From Albugo candida (Eukaryota), in contig JBDOQK010000015.1 of NCBI GenBank assembly GCA_040437565.1, positions 1 to 64,000 on the forward strand: DNA of 64,000 bases. Reading direction: 5' to 3'. Below are positions 51,925 through 64,000 of this stretch, one piece after another (within the stretch, counting starts at the first letter, position 1; the number at the start of each line of letters is the position of its first letter). Made by a program: the position numbers and the translations under genes. A model generated the notes under the pieces. That model was given only the letters and a program-made list of their open reading frames with translations. It did not search any database and had not been told where the DNA came from.

Positions 51925-54900
51925 ATGAATACTTTATCATCGTCAGGGATTGACACAAATAGTGTAAATGTGAAAAAATATGTCGTAGGTATTTGCGCCA
52001 TGGAAAAGAAGACGCGATCCAAACCAATGCTGGAAATACTGAAAAGACTGGAAGAGAAGAAGCAGTTTGATATCCATATATTTAGTGATGATGTAATTCT
52101 CAACAAAGAGGTTGACAAATGGCCCATTTGTGATGTGCTCATAAGTTTTTACTCGAGCGGATTTCCGTTAGAAAAAGCAGAATCCTACTGTAAATTACAC
52201 CATCCGATTCTTGTGAACGATCTCATAATGCAGCGCGAAATGTTTGACAGACGTAAAGTATACGCAATACTGTTACGTCATGGAATTCCTGTTCCTCGCC
52301 ATGCGATTGTCAACCGAGACGTTGTAGGTAAAGAGGATACAATCGAAGAAGAAGAAAATTATGTGATTGTTAATGACGTGCGAATAGACAAGCCTTTCGT
52401 TGAAAAACCTGCAGATGCAGAGGATCATAACATACATATCTACTATCCAACAAGCGCCGGGGGAGGAAGTAAGAAGCTTTTTCGTAAAATCGGAGATCGT
52501 TCGAGTGAGTTTTATCCGAATGAAAATCACATACGTCGTGATGGCTCGTACATATACGAGGAATTTGTTAATACACAAGGAACAGACGTCAAAGTCTACA
52601 CAGTGGGCTCGAGTTATGGTCATGCGGAAGCACGAAAATCTCCTGTGCTGGATGGTAAAGTGATGCGTGACATTTCCGGAAAAGAAGTTCGGTATCCTGT
52701 GATTTTAAATTCAGCCGAGAAAGAAATTGCACGGAAAGTTTGCTTGGCTTTTCATCAAACTGTTTGCGGCTTTGATCTGCTTCGAGTGAGAGGAAACTCT
52801 TTTGTTTGTGACGTCAACGGCTGGAGCTTCGTCAAGAGTTCAAAAAAGTATTATGACGATTGTGGCTTGATTTTGCACAATTACTTGGTTTCTGCATTAC
52901 GGTCACGATATTTTCGCCAAATTCGACTTGGTCGCCTTCCAAGCGGCATTTACCAACTATGTCCGCAATATGCAATTGAGCCACATGCGACATTGTGCAA
53001 TGCGGATATGCAAACATCAGCAAGATCACCTAAAACTGGCGATTGTGAGGATACGACGGGTGGAAAGGAAGAACTTCGCTGTGTTATCGCTATTGTTCGT
53101 CATGGCGACAGAACACCCAAACAAAAGCTGAAGACGATAGTATGGGAAAAGGATCTTATTGCATTTTTCAAAGCAAGAAGAATAGAACAAGAACAAGAAG
53201 AGCTGAAAGTGAAATCTGTCTCGGATTTGCAGGAACTTTTGGATTTGGTGAGAAATCTGATCAAATCCTATGCGCCAGGGGTAGGACTCAAAGAGGCTGT
53301 ATGGGAAGCCGAAGGCGGTGATAGCTTTGAGAAGCTTTTACAGATGAAAAGAGTACTTGAACGCTGGAAATTTGCTGGTATTAATCGCAAAGTTCAATTC
53401 AAGCCCTTACAGGAGCATAGTCCTGCATACACACGAGACAAATTTGAGTTGCTTATGATTCTTAAATGGGGTGGAGATTTGACCCCGACCGGGCAGATAC
53501 AAGGCGAAGAGTTGGGTAGATCATTTCGAAACAAGTTGTATCCTTTGGAAGAAGGTGGTCTCCTTCGTCTTCACTCAACATTTCGTCATGATTTGAAGAT
53601 CTTTACTTCAGACGAAGGAAGAGTACAGATGACTGCTGCAGCATTCGCCAAAGGCTTTTTGGAACTTGAAGGAGATCTGACTCCGATTCTTGTTAGCCTT
53701 GTGACAACATTGGGAAAAGGTCAGTTAAGCAATATAATCTTTGCTCAAGCACCAGCGGTAAAATCTCTGTTATGCTTGTCCACAGATGCAAACAAAATGC
53801 TCGATCACTCTGGTCAAGCTGAAGCAAATGAAGAGATTGAGCGAACAAAATGCAAATTGAAAAAACTTTTGCACCGGGATTATGCAACATTTCAGGAGCT
53901 TGCATCCGCTTTGAATCCAATCAAGATTGAATCAATCAATACGGCTTTGAGTAGCATACGGAATCCCATGGAATCTTTGAATAGGCTACATGAGACGATA
54001 CGGAGACATAAACTGGAGATTCTCGAATTTTCTCAGAATAAAAGTGAGTCCTCCTTTCTGCTTGATTTATCATCAATGTTACTTACTGGCCTTGCTAAGT
54101 CCTCAACGAAACGCGCTGTTTATATGTGGGTGAAACATTCTCATTGATGTTAGAACGATGGGAAAAACTGTATAGAGATTTCTACTCTGAGAAAAGTGCA
54201 TCGTATGATTTGAGCAAGATACCTGATATATTCGACTGCATCAAATATGATCTTCTTCACAATCACCACCTTGGATTCCGTTATGGGAAAGAGTTGTACG
54301 ATCTCGCAAAAGCATTTGCTGGCTGTTATGTACCTCAGGAATATGGCATGGAAATTTCGGATAAACAGTCCATCGGGGTCAAAGTATCTCAAGCACTATG
54401 CGCCAAGATCCGTGCCGATATCGTTGCGGTGATGTCTGCATCAACTTCAAATCAGGCGGCTGTAGAGGCTAATACTTCTCCGCAAGACGAAATCGACCTG
54501 ATGGATCCTTCGATCGAGCATCTTGGATATCGTTTGGATCCATCTTTTGCCAAAGAATTGCGAATCAAGAGTCCGTCAACACAAGTAAGAAGTCGTTTAT
54601 ATTTCACAAGCGAAAGTCACATGTACACAATACTCAATGTACTTCGTTTCCAATGTCCGAGATGGCATGCACGTCATCAAAGCGGGAACAGTCAGAATGT
54701 TTACGATATATCCTTAGAGGAAGAGGAGTATAGCAATGAGATTCTCAAAGAGATGGGATTGAGTGTGAATGAGCGTATGCCACAGCGCAAATATTTCTTC
54801 AGCAAGTCCAAATTGATTTCTGATAGTGGAATGGAAGCCTTGAGCAGAGAGACGGAATTGAATTATCTGGCACATGTCGTTATTCGAGTTTATGAAAAAA

Positions 54901-55109
54901 TAGGATTAGATGACGATTCTGAAGACCGATTCCGTGTGGAGATATCATTTTCTCCAGGCGTTGTAAATCATTTTGACGCTGCCGTGAAGGCCGATACCGT
55001 GAATGGGGATTTGATATCCCCAGTGGCCGATCGAATATGCTTGACACAATGTATGACTGCTGTCATGTTTGAAGATATGTTGGCTGCATGCGTCTCATCT
55101 GAAAAATAA
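51925..55109 (+). CDS. VIP1: Inositol hexakisphosphate / PP-InsP5 kinase with histidine-phosphatase domain, 3 exons
   Basis: VGICAMEKK, ISFYSSGFPL, KPFVEKP..AEDHNI.IYYP, GTDVKVYTVG, AEARKSP, DVNGWSFVK, RHGDRTPKQK, RLHSTFRHDLK, RLYFTSESH. Introns ~53720-53785 and ~54044-54099. Confidence 0.95.
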
Positions 55110-55158
55110 GAAGTAATCTGATTATCGATCTTTGGATCTGTTAACTTTTCTTTATCTC

Positions 55159-55482
55159 CTACTCTTGCCCTATCCAATCTACAAATCTCTGAGCATGGTA
55201 CGCACTGGATGCGGCGCCAACAACCGAAATCGCAATCGGTAGTGGTTTCCTTGTGTGTATTGCACGAGCTCCCATTGCAGACATTGTTATTGTCGAGAAA
55301 AAAAGGGCGGTTCCGTGTCCATTTGTCATGTTTCCATGCTGCAACATGTACCCGGCAATACCAAAACCAGTTCCGAGAGTAAGACCAGCAATCAGAGAAG
55401 GCAAACTCTTCTTTTTTACATATCCCATGGCCCCACCGATTCCCAAACCAATTGCCATTGTATACGTCGCATGATGTGCCAT
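55159..55482 (-). CDS. TMEM14-family small membrane protein
   Basis: 107-aa ORF with GGAMGYVKKKSLPSLIAG and hydrophobic segments. Confidence 0.9.
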   Translation of the reverse strand: MAHHATYTMAIGLGIGGAMGYVKKKSLPSLIAGLTLGTGFGIAGYMLQHGNMTNGHGTALFFSTITMSAMGARAIHTRKPLPIAISVVGAASSAYHAQRFVDWIGQE

Positions 55483-55554
55483 GATGCGAAGCTATAACAG
55501 CTAGGTCCCTGTTAATTTGCTCGATAGACTTTTTTGGCCTAATTCATAAGCATT

Positions 55555-57281
55555 ATGGCTTTATTCAGTAAGAAGGACCTCGGCTTGTTGCTTCCTGACG
55601 ATGTGCCTGGTGATCCAATCTCATTACGACATACAAGGAAAAAGTGAGGATGCGCTTTCTCTTATAACAATGTCAAATGACGTGATTCATCTATTTCTTC
55701 ATCTAGAGATGCGCCGCAAGAAGATTTTCGACCTCCAGAACCAAAAATTGATTTGACAAAGAAAGTCTACCGCTATCGCGCAGGGAAGGTCCCTCAATTC
55801 GCATTGAACCAAGAAGAAGCAGAAAAAGAACATGAGGAAAGAATAGATAAGTTACCGAATATCAGAATTAAGAACCAAACGAAAGCCGACCGGCAACGCT
55901 TCCGTGCCAAGATTGTGGCATCCGCCCCAAATTCTCATTCAGATGGCTCTAAATTTCAGCAGCTTTGTGAAGAAACAAAAAAAGTAGACATACAGCCAGA
56001 GATCAAGCGACCAATAACCACAGCATTACTAGAGTCTGATTCGGACACTCAGGAATCAGACTTTGAAGAACGGAGAGCAACTATTCGCAAAAAAGTATTA
56101 GAAAAGAGGTCGGATTCTCCGAGTCGCGAACAGGACAAGGATGCTGGATTATTACAGGCGTCTTTTGAACAGGTTTGGTTGCATATTACAATAAGGCAAA
56201 TGCAATTTTGAGGCAAAGCTCGTATCGTAGCATACAACAAGGACGGACACTCTATGCTCAAGTGATTCCGAAATGGAAACGGACTCTGATGACGATGACG
56301 AAGAAGAATCGGATTCTCCAAGCCTAATGAAACCAGTTTTCATTCCAAGAGATGCTCGTAAGACACATTCATTACAACTTGCAATCGATCAAAATTATGA
56401 TCAGCAGCAGCAAAAAGAAGCGGAAAAACTTGCCTTACGGAAAAAAGAAACAAAAAAGCTCGTCTTGAGTGAAGTGCAACTGAAACAGACAGAGAAGACA
56501 GACTTGACAGATACTGAGATGCCAGATGACACCGACGGAATACTTCCAGATGAAGAGTACAAAGCGTGGGAGATCAGAGAGCTAAAGCGAATTAAAAGGT
56601 GAGAGAGATTTGCTGCTTTTCTCTTCGATTATAGTCCGACAATTTTGTATGCAGAGATCGTGATCAAGCAGTGCGTCAAGAACAGGAAAGGCAGGAAACT
56701 CAGCGTCGACGCAATTTGACAGAGGAAGAAAGACAAGCAGAGGATCGGTTTGTGTTCCTTTGCCCAACTTTTTGAGGTCAAATTAACACCTTTTGCCGCT
56801 TTTTAGAAAATTGAAAAAGAATGAGCCCAAGGAGAAGAAAAAGTGGAAGTTTCTGCAAAAGTATTATCACAAGGGTGCATTCTATGTTGACGACGACAGC
56901 GTGCAAAAGAATGAGGATGTTCGTAAACGTGACACATCTGGCGCGACTTTGGAGGACAAGCACAACAAGGAAATACTTCCAATAGTCATGCAAGTAAAAA
57001 ACTTTGGACGCGCTGGCAGGTACTCCAAGCTGAATACATGCCATACCCTGGATACTGATGCTACCTTTGCTCAAGAACAAAGTATACACATCTTGTCGAT
57101 CAAGATACGACGGGAAGAGACTCGCTTTGGACCAAAAACGACGAGTACGTTTGCTTTCGTTTTCATTTGAACGGATGAAACTGAAATGACATCTTCCAGA
57201 ATCCGTGCCAAATATTCCACAAAAATCGGTGGCGTAAGAAATTTGGAGGACCATGCCGCAAAGAAGCGCAAGATAGAGTAA
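55555..57281 (+). CDS. MFAP1: Microfibrillar-associated protein 1 (spliceosomal B-complex factor), multi-exon
   Basis: RYRAGKVP, LMKPVFIP..R, PDDTDG...EEYKAWEIRELKRIKR|DRD, KWKFLQKYYHKGAFY, LPIVMQVKNFGRAGR|TKYTHLVDQDTT; TAA 57279-57281. Confidence 0.93.
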
Positions 57282-57389
57282 GAAGACTCCACATTGAGTT
57301 TGTAGATGATACGACTTTATAAAACATTTGTCCAGCAGTAGTAACATGTATTCTTTTTCGCTTTAAGCTGGCTGTTTTTGCTTCCCCCA

Positions 57390-59050
57390 TCAAGTACTCA
57401 TATACGTTGAGATATCGATCGAGTCGGGTAATTCTGGGATATTGACCTCAAATCTTGATTGTACTTGTGCAAGCATTCCCGAGTCTTCATCTGATGAGAT
57501 AAAACTGATCGACAATCCCTTTGTACCGAAACGCCCTGCCCGACCAACACGGTGCAAGTATTGGTCACTGTCATTGGGGAAATCATAGTTGATGACAATA
57601 TTAACACGTTCAATATCCATTCCACGACCGAATAAATCCGTTGTCACGAGAAGCCGCTTCTGGAAATCCTTGAAACTTTTGTACCGCTTAATCCGTTCTT
57701 CTTGAGTTAGATCAGAAGTGATGCAAATTGACGGGAAATTGCACTCGTTCAGTAAACGATTCAATTCTCGCGCTCGGTTCTTCTTCGATACGAAAATTAC
57801 AACCTGATTGAATTCAAGCGCGTCCAGTAACTCGTTCAACTTTCGATTCTTCTCCGATTCTGCAAGTTTGATGAAATATTGCTGTAGACCATGTAGCGTC
57901 AATTTTGTCTCATCATCGACGTAAATTTCCATTGGCTATGCGTGCGTGGAAAAGTATGTTACCGAACCAGCTCCCATCGATAATCCAATCAATTATGAAC
58001 TTACGTCTTGACAAAACTTCCGACAGACCGGTCGAATTTCTTTGCTCAATGTGGCTGAAAACATCATAACCTGCTTATCGTGTGGCGTCGAACGAAAAAT
58101 TTCTTGAACATCTCTCCGCATGTCTAGTGCTTCCAGCAACTTGTCACATTCATCCATGACAAAGTGCTTCACCTTGTCTAGTTTGATGCTTTTTTCCTTT
58201 AATAGTCCCAGGATACGCCCAGGCGTCCCGACGACAATATGCGGAGTGTTGCTTTTGAGAGTCTCACGATCTTTTGTGATAGCAATACCTGGGTAGCATT
58301 CATAATGTTATTCACGTACAATCAGCTAATAAAAAACAAACATCACTGTACCTCCATAAAATACTGCTGTCTTCACATTGTAAAGATACTTGCTGAAGCG
58401 CTCGTACTCATGAGCTATCTGGAATGCTAGTTCGCGTGTATGACAAAGAACCATAACGCTGATTTGTCCATCCACTGGTTCGATCTACAATTCATCAGAA
58501 ATTCGATGTTGAGAGCACCACTCGGATTGCGTTCCAGCAGTACCTGATGAAGAGTAGCAAGCACGAAGACAGCTGTCTTGCCCATTCCTGACTTTGCCTG
58601 GCAAATTATGTCCATACCCAATACAGCTTGAGGAATACATTCGTGTTGAACTAAAAAATTGTATGAAAATGTTTAGTATGAACCCTTCTGTTATTCAGAT
58701 CTTCATCAGACCTTCCGATGGATGCTCAAACCCGCAGTCAACAACTGCTCGCAAACATTCCGGTTTAAGGATAAAATCACGAAATCCAGAGCTGTGAATT
58801 CCGACATAGTGGCCTCTTTGGTACGATTTATCGAATTATATGGTGAGCAGATGAGATAAGGAATCAAATTTCAGAAAAGATTGCATCAGTCAGCATTTCA
58901 AATTCCACGGTAATGAGAACTGGGGGAATTGATGTAAACCTACTTTTTCGCATCCTTGGACTCTACATTTTTGTTATTTTCATTCGTCTCTTCTTCTTCT
59001 TCGTAATCGACTAGTTCCTCATCGAATTCTTTGTTTTCTTCAGCGGTCAT
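57390..59050 (-). CDS. UAP56: DECD-box RNA helicase UAP56/Sub2, 6 exons
   Basis: [77 protein letters not shown] at 59050. Confidence 0.97.
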
Positions 59051-59066
59051 CGTGGCGTATCAAAAA

Positions 59067-59087
59067 GGATGAAAATTGAGTGAGTGG
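59067..59087 (-). promoter_or_regulatory. Putative oomycete Inr/FPR core promoter of UAP56
   Basis: Minus strand CCACTCACTCAATTTTCATCC, ~20-35 nt upstream of the ATG, fits YCAYTY plus AWTTTNC. Confidence 0.4.
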
Positions 59088-59744
59088 ACGGACGTAAACA
59101 GTGATAAGGGCCTGGGGGGAACTTACAGAAAAGATCCATCGCATTTAGTAATAAGTATAGTAGAAAACNNNNNNNNNNNNNNNNNNNNNNNNNNNNNNNN
59201 NNNNNNNNNNNNNNNNNNNNNNNNNNNNNNNNNNNNNNNNNNNNNNNNNNNNNNNNNNNNNNNNNNNNGCATTTAGTAATAAGTATAGTAGAAAACTGCA
59301 TTTGATTGAAATGCATAGATTAACGTGCATATTTGGTATAACTATCACTGCTGTATCGAAGATTCAGCTATCAGGCGACTGAGTGATGTCTATTTAAGTT
59401 GCTTAAAAGAAGCAGTAAGCCTTCTCCCGCTCAATCCTCTTTTAGCAAAGTTCGCGTGCGAGAAGCAGGAGATGGGATCGTTCGTCTCTGCTATCAATCG
59501 ATCACTTCATAGCCGCGAATTAATTAAAGTATCGCTGTGATCTACCAATTTGTAACTGAAGTGTGTGAAGTTTCAATCCTTATGTTTTCCGCGTAATGCA
59601 CACTGTCACCTCTCTTAACTCTCTAAATCAGTCTCTTTTAACGCACTAAAAATTAGCAATCACCGATAAATGAAAGCTTAACCTTCAAAAAAAATTAATA
59701 CACAGATAACGTCGCGAATTCGATAATTACGCATTCAATAATTA

Positions 59745-61328
59745 ATGACTTCCACTTGTACAACGCATGAATATGAAAATATGGAAACATTGAACGATAA
59801 CACAATAGAAAAAGCTTTGGATGCTGATAATGTCATCGGCGCTGTATCATCTCACAGCGACAATGAAGACGAAATCGGTGCGTTTCAATTATTTGGGGTG
59901 CCAATGGATCAGATGACACAGAATGCAGTCACGGCGCACTATGATTCAGAAGATGTCTGTGAAGATGCGCAACTTTCCCTCTCTATGGTAGAAGCAGAAC
60001 GTGTACCAATTCCGACGTATAAACAAAGTGAATTCGGCTCCAACGGTCCTCGAACAATGACTTCATCGAATTCTGTAGGAGGAAGAATGTCGACACCGTA
60101 TCGTCAGTCAGGAAACGCTATCGATGTGATCGCCGTTAGAAGTAGAGAAAATCATCTCTACACAACTTCATGGCATGTAAGACATAGCGTACGCAGCACT
60201 TGGTTTCGAATGTCACTATTCCCTCACTAGGTCATGTTCTCTTGGTCACGCTTCCGCTCTCGAACAGCTACTGGAGTGGGTGATCAAGTGCGAGTCCTTA
60301 TTAATGGCAAGGAGCTTCCAGTCAAAATGAGTCTTCTTGAACGTGGTCGATGCATATTCCAATCAGGTACATTGGGTCTTTTCCGATATGTGATTGATAC
60401 TAATGTTTGAGTACTCGAAGGCTCACTAACGCCTCCAATCGATGCATTCGATCACGTTGAGCTCTATGAAGACAATGCAAATTATGTTCGCTTTGAACAT
60501 TACCAAAAATCAACGTGTTGTATCCGATATGTTGAATGCAGGCTATATGTGTGGCATCCCGAAGAATCGGTCATTATCGTAGATATGGATGGAACACTCA
60601 CCGTAAGCGATGTGGAGGGTCATATTCGTACGCTTCGATTAGGACAATACGATTATCTGCACAGGGGAACATGCCAATTTTTCACAAAACTGCATGAGTT
60701 ACAAATGCGAGTGCTCTATCTGACAGCTCGACCGTTAGACTGGGCGACTGCCAGTCGAAATCATCTCGAAAACGCAATTCAGCTCAAGCATGTACTACCT
60801 CCTGGACCATTGATTACAAATTCGAATGGTTTAACTGGTGCGCTGCTAACAGAAGTCGTCAACAAGAACCCACATATATTCAAACGCCAAGTGCTCGAAG
60901 AGATTCAGCTCTGTTTGATTCATGCCGGACGTATCACGGAACATCCAATATTTGTCGCTGGATTCGGTAATCGGTCTTCCGACGTCCTTGCTTACAAAGA
61001 CGCAGGAATCGAGCTTGATATGATTTTTCTGATCGATTCTACTTCCGCTATCAAATGCTCCAATACTACTTTTGTCGGGGCGAAGATGTACGAGTCCTAT
61101 GACGATCCAAATGTGCTTTTGTGGATGCTCCCAAAGCTGAAACATCGAGTTCCATTTGAAAAGGTATGGAAGATTGATGAATACACAGTCCGCGAGCTTT
61201 TGTATGCAGAAGAGCGCGAGCAGATTTTGATATCGGAGAGAAACGCAAGAGCCTTACAGGAACAAGAATACGAACGCATAAAACAGAGCAATCAAGTTCA
61301 CAGTCTCGAAGGCATGCCATCATTATAA
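59745..61328 (+). CDS. Lipin/Pah1-like phosphatidate phosphatase (N-LIP-like + LNS2 HAD domain), 3 exons
   Basis: SGNAIDVIAVR...TTSWHV (N-LIP-like), IIVDMDGTLTVSDVEGHI (DxDxT), LYLTARP, LPPGPL, AGFGNRSSDVLAY. Introns ~60177-60231 and ~60367-60420. Confidence 0.85.
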
Positions 61329-61374
61329 ACATATAAACATAACATATTCACAGCATTCGATACGACTGATACTC

Positions 61375-62982
61375 TCAAAGCATTGCATGGAACTTGACCA
61401 AGTGACCATAGCACATTAATGTAAGGAAATCAGCCATTTTCTCATCTGTCACAAGCTTTCGCACGATTTCTCCCGCCAATGACCACTTTCCTTCTGTACT
61501 CCCTTGTCCACGTTTTTGCACACAGTTGTTGAGTATGTCGCAAATCAATTCTTTCGTCACGAGCTCTCCATTATCCAATTTACAGCTGTGACGCATCCAC
61601 TGCCACACTTGAGCACGTGAGATCTCTGCAGTCGCAGCATCTTCCATTTTATTGTTCAGAGGAATACATCCAATTCCTCGTAGCCATGCTTCGGTGTAGA
61701 CCAAAGAAACGTCGATGTTTTCTTTCAGACCCACATACGTAATCGGCCCGCCAGGTGCTGAGAGCAGTTGCGCTGATGTAATGCCATCACTATTCTTTGG
61801 CATCAACCCGATCTGATTCGGCGTGGGCATTCCTTTATCAAAAATCTCAAAAGCAAGGCTTACTAACCCAGGGTGAGCAACCCAGGTCCCGTCGTGTCCA
61901 GCCTGAACCTCCTCAGTCTTGTCTTTTCGAACTGCATCCAAAAAGCGTTTGTTCAATTCCGGATCGTGCCTGACAGGTATTTGTGCCGCCATACCACCCA
62001 TTGCATGGATACCTCTCTTGTGGCAAGTACGAATCAACAGAGAAACATATGCTGCCATGAACGGTGTGGTCATACCAACGCTGGAACGATCCGGAAGCAC
62101 AAAGTCTGCATGGTTACGAAACTTTTTTATATAAGAAAAAATATAATCCCATCGCCCACAATTGAGACCGGAGGAGTGTTCTCGCAGCTCAAAAAGTATC
62201 TCATCCATTTGGAATACAGCTGTGATCGTTTCAATAAGAACCGTCGCTCGTATTGAACCTCTTGGTATGCTCAGATACGCCTGTGCAGCCAGAAACACAT
62301 CATTCCATAATTTGGCTTCGAGATGATGCTCCAACTTTGGTAAGTAAAAGTAAGGCCCTGAACCCCGGACTAAAAGCTCATGAGCGTTGTGGAAAAAGTA
62401 TAATCCGAAATCAAATAGCGAAGCTGATACAACTTGATGATTAATGAGAATGTGCGCTTCCTCCAAGTGCCATCCACGTGGACGGACTAACAAAGTCGCC
62501 GTTTTCTCATTCAATGTGTAGTCTTTCATCGTGTCGGGGCTTTTATATGAAATTGTGCGTCGTACTGCATCGTACAAATTGACTTGGCCATCCATAACGT
62601 TTGACCACGTTGGTGCAGTGGAATCTTCTAAATCAGCCATAAAGCACTTGGCTCCCGAATTGAGAGCATTTATAATCATTTTTCGATCAACTGGACCCGT
62701 GATCTCAACTCGTCGATCCTCCAAATCCGATGGAATCGGTGCGACTTTCCATTCACTTTCCCGTATATATTTCGACTGTGGAAGAAAATCCGGAAACTTT
62801 CCTGCATTTATGCATTTCTGATATTCGATGCGAGCACCAAGTATTTTTAATCGCTGAGCTTCAAATTGCTCATGTAAAAAGGCCAGAAAACGCAGCGCGT
62901 CAGGTGTCAAAATATGGCGATATGCATTTGATTCACTCCCCAGGATCCGAATATTTGCTGCATTGACGCGTACCTCTGTCAT
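61375..62982 (-). CDS. Malate synthase A (glyoxylate cycle), intronless, 535 aa
   Basis: DRRVEITGP, FMADLEDS, VRPRGWHL, GPYFYLPKLE, GLNCGRWDYIFS, AMGGMAAQIP, GHDGTWVAHPG, MEDAATAEISR. Confidence 0.97.
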   Translation of the reverse strand: MTEVRVNAANIRILGSESNAYRHILTPDALRFLAFLHEQFEAQRLKILGARIEYQKCINAGKFPDFLPQSKYIRESEWKVAPIPSDLEDRRVEITGPVDRKMIINALNSGAKCFMADLEDSTAPTWSNVMDGQVNLYDAVRRTISYKSPDTMKDYTLNEKTATLLVRPRGWHLEEAHILINHQVVSASLFDFGLYFFHNAHELLVRGSGPYFYLPKLEHHLEAKLWNDVFLAAQAYLSIPRGSIRATVLIETITAVFQMDEILFELREHSSGLNCGRWDYIFSYIKKFRNHADFVLPDRSSVGMTTPFMAAYVSLLIRTCHKRGIHAMGGMAAQIPVRHDPELNKRFLDAVRKDKTEEVQAGHDGTWVAHPGLVSLAFEIFDKGMPTPNQIGLMPKNSDGITSAQLLSAPGGPITYVGLKENIDVSLVYTEAWLRGIGCIPLNNKMEDAATAEISRAQVWQWMRHSCKLDNGELVTKELICDILNNCVQKRGQGSTEGKWSLAGEIVRKLVTDEKMADFLTLMCYGHLVKFHAML

Positions 62983-63291
62983 ATCGACCGAAATGGTTGG
63001 AATTATGAAAATGACTGTTCTTCAAAAGATCTTTTTGTTTATGATTTTGACCAACCACTGCAAGTTTGACTTCAAGATGATCGATGATGCGCGCATGTCA
63101 TCGACTTCAGCTCGTAAATGTTTCAATGCAGCATGTGCGGCGATACAAGAGCCAGACGTAACATAGGAGTACAGTCAACAACTCTCGCTATCTAATTGTG
63201 CTCGAGTGAGCTTCCATGGGATGAGAATCATACAAAAATGTAAATGGCGATTTTGACAGTTGTTACGAGCCTATTCATAGCGACATTTGAC

Positions 63292-64000
63292 TCAATTTGG
63301 GAGGTCGTAGAAGCGAAATTTATCTTGGATCTTCTTCTTCGTCACCATCCCTGTCATGATGCATTGGATAATACTTTTTTGCTCCGAATCGGTGCGCGGT
63401 ACCTTTAGCGCTTCATGAGGATCCCCTACGTCCTGTTTTTGCCACTTACAGCAAAAGCCTTTTGTCACAAAGTACTGCTGTAGATACCCTTTTTGATGTG
63501 TGTGGTGTGAAATCTCAGTCTCATTCTCTAGAGAATGCGAATGGAATCGGTGAAGTAATAAGTTTAGAGTTGTAGACTGGCTGCCACGTGCAAATTTTGC
63601 GTACACCTATAGCCCGCACTTTGAAGAAGAGGCAGTCACAGGTAAGAGTACGACGTGATCAATCTAACTTTTGCAGGCTCAAACCTAAATGTGTATTAAA
63701 ATCTCTTTCTTGAATATAAATCGCTGGACACTAAACACAAGTTAAGGTCTTCCATGATCAAGTGAGCAGAACGCACTAGGCAGGACTCGTATTGTTGCTC
63801 TGAGTCGCGGACGGACCTTTGGCCCATGTTGCACCATTTTTGGAGTTAATACGCTGTATATGAATTCTTTCTTTAAAATCTGGAATACCGATGAGTTTCA
63901 TCAATTCGCCATCCACATTTTCTTTCTTCTGAATAATAAGCGCGAATCCGCCTTTATTTAAGACATGCTCTAGCATATGAAAATCCCCTTTTGAGTCTCC
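63292..64000 (-). CDS. 3' part of an unidentified multi-exon gene entering from the right edge; end uncertain
   Basis: Minus-strand ORFs 63776-63976 and 63292-63606 with GT-AG-like boundaries. No recognisable motif. Confidence 0.35.

Noticed and set aside
63081..63104. Imperfect palindrome TCGATGATGCGCGCATGTCATCGA upstream of malate synthase
   Set aside because: Short, bulged, and possibly inside the last exon of the neighbouring gene; no independent support.

Overview
Eukaryotic draft-assembly window, not prokaryotic. Genes have short (~45-65 nt) GT-AG introns and very short intergenic spacers, and scaffold gaps are fixed 100-N placeholders. Gene content, intron style and Inr/FPR-like promoter motifs point to a compact oomycete genome (Albugo-like; inference only). 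The first ~21.8 kb is a transposon nest: a decayed Gypsy element, an LTR with a putative tRNA primer-binding site, an IS630/Tc1-like transposase relic, three Mutator/MULE elements (two with perfect 9-bp TSDs, one nested inside the TIR of another) and a TSD-flanked LINE-like element whose 5' end recurs at base 1-60. One putative transcription-factor gene sits inside this nest. The rest is dense housekeeping blocks (DYRK kinase, NOT3, TFIIE-alpha, MAU2, NSE3/MAGE, USB1, two TMEM14, SET, VIP1/PPIP5K, MFAP1, UAP56, lipin/LNS2, malate synthase), separated by decayed repeat tracts including a Copia relic. Exon boundaries were read by eye and family calls come from motif recognition, not database searches.
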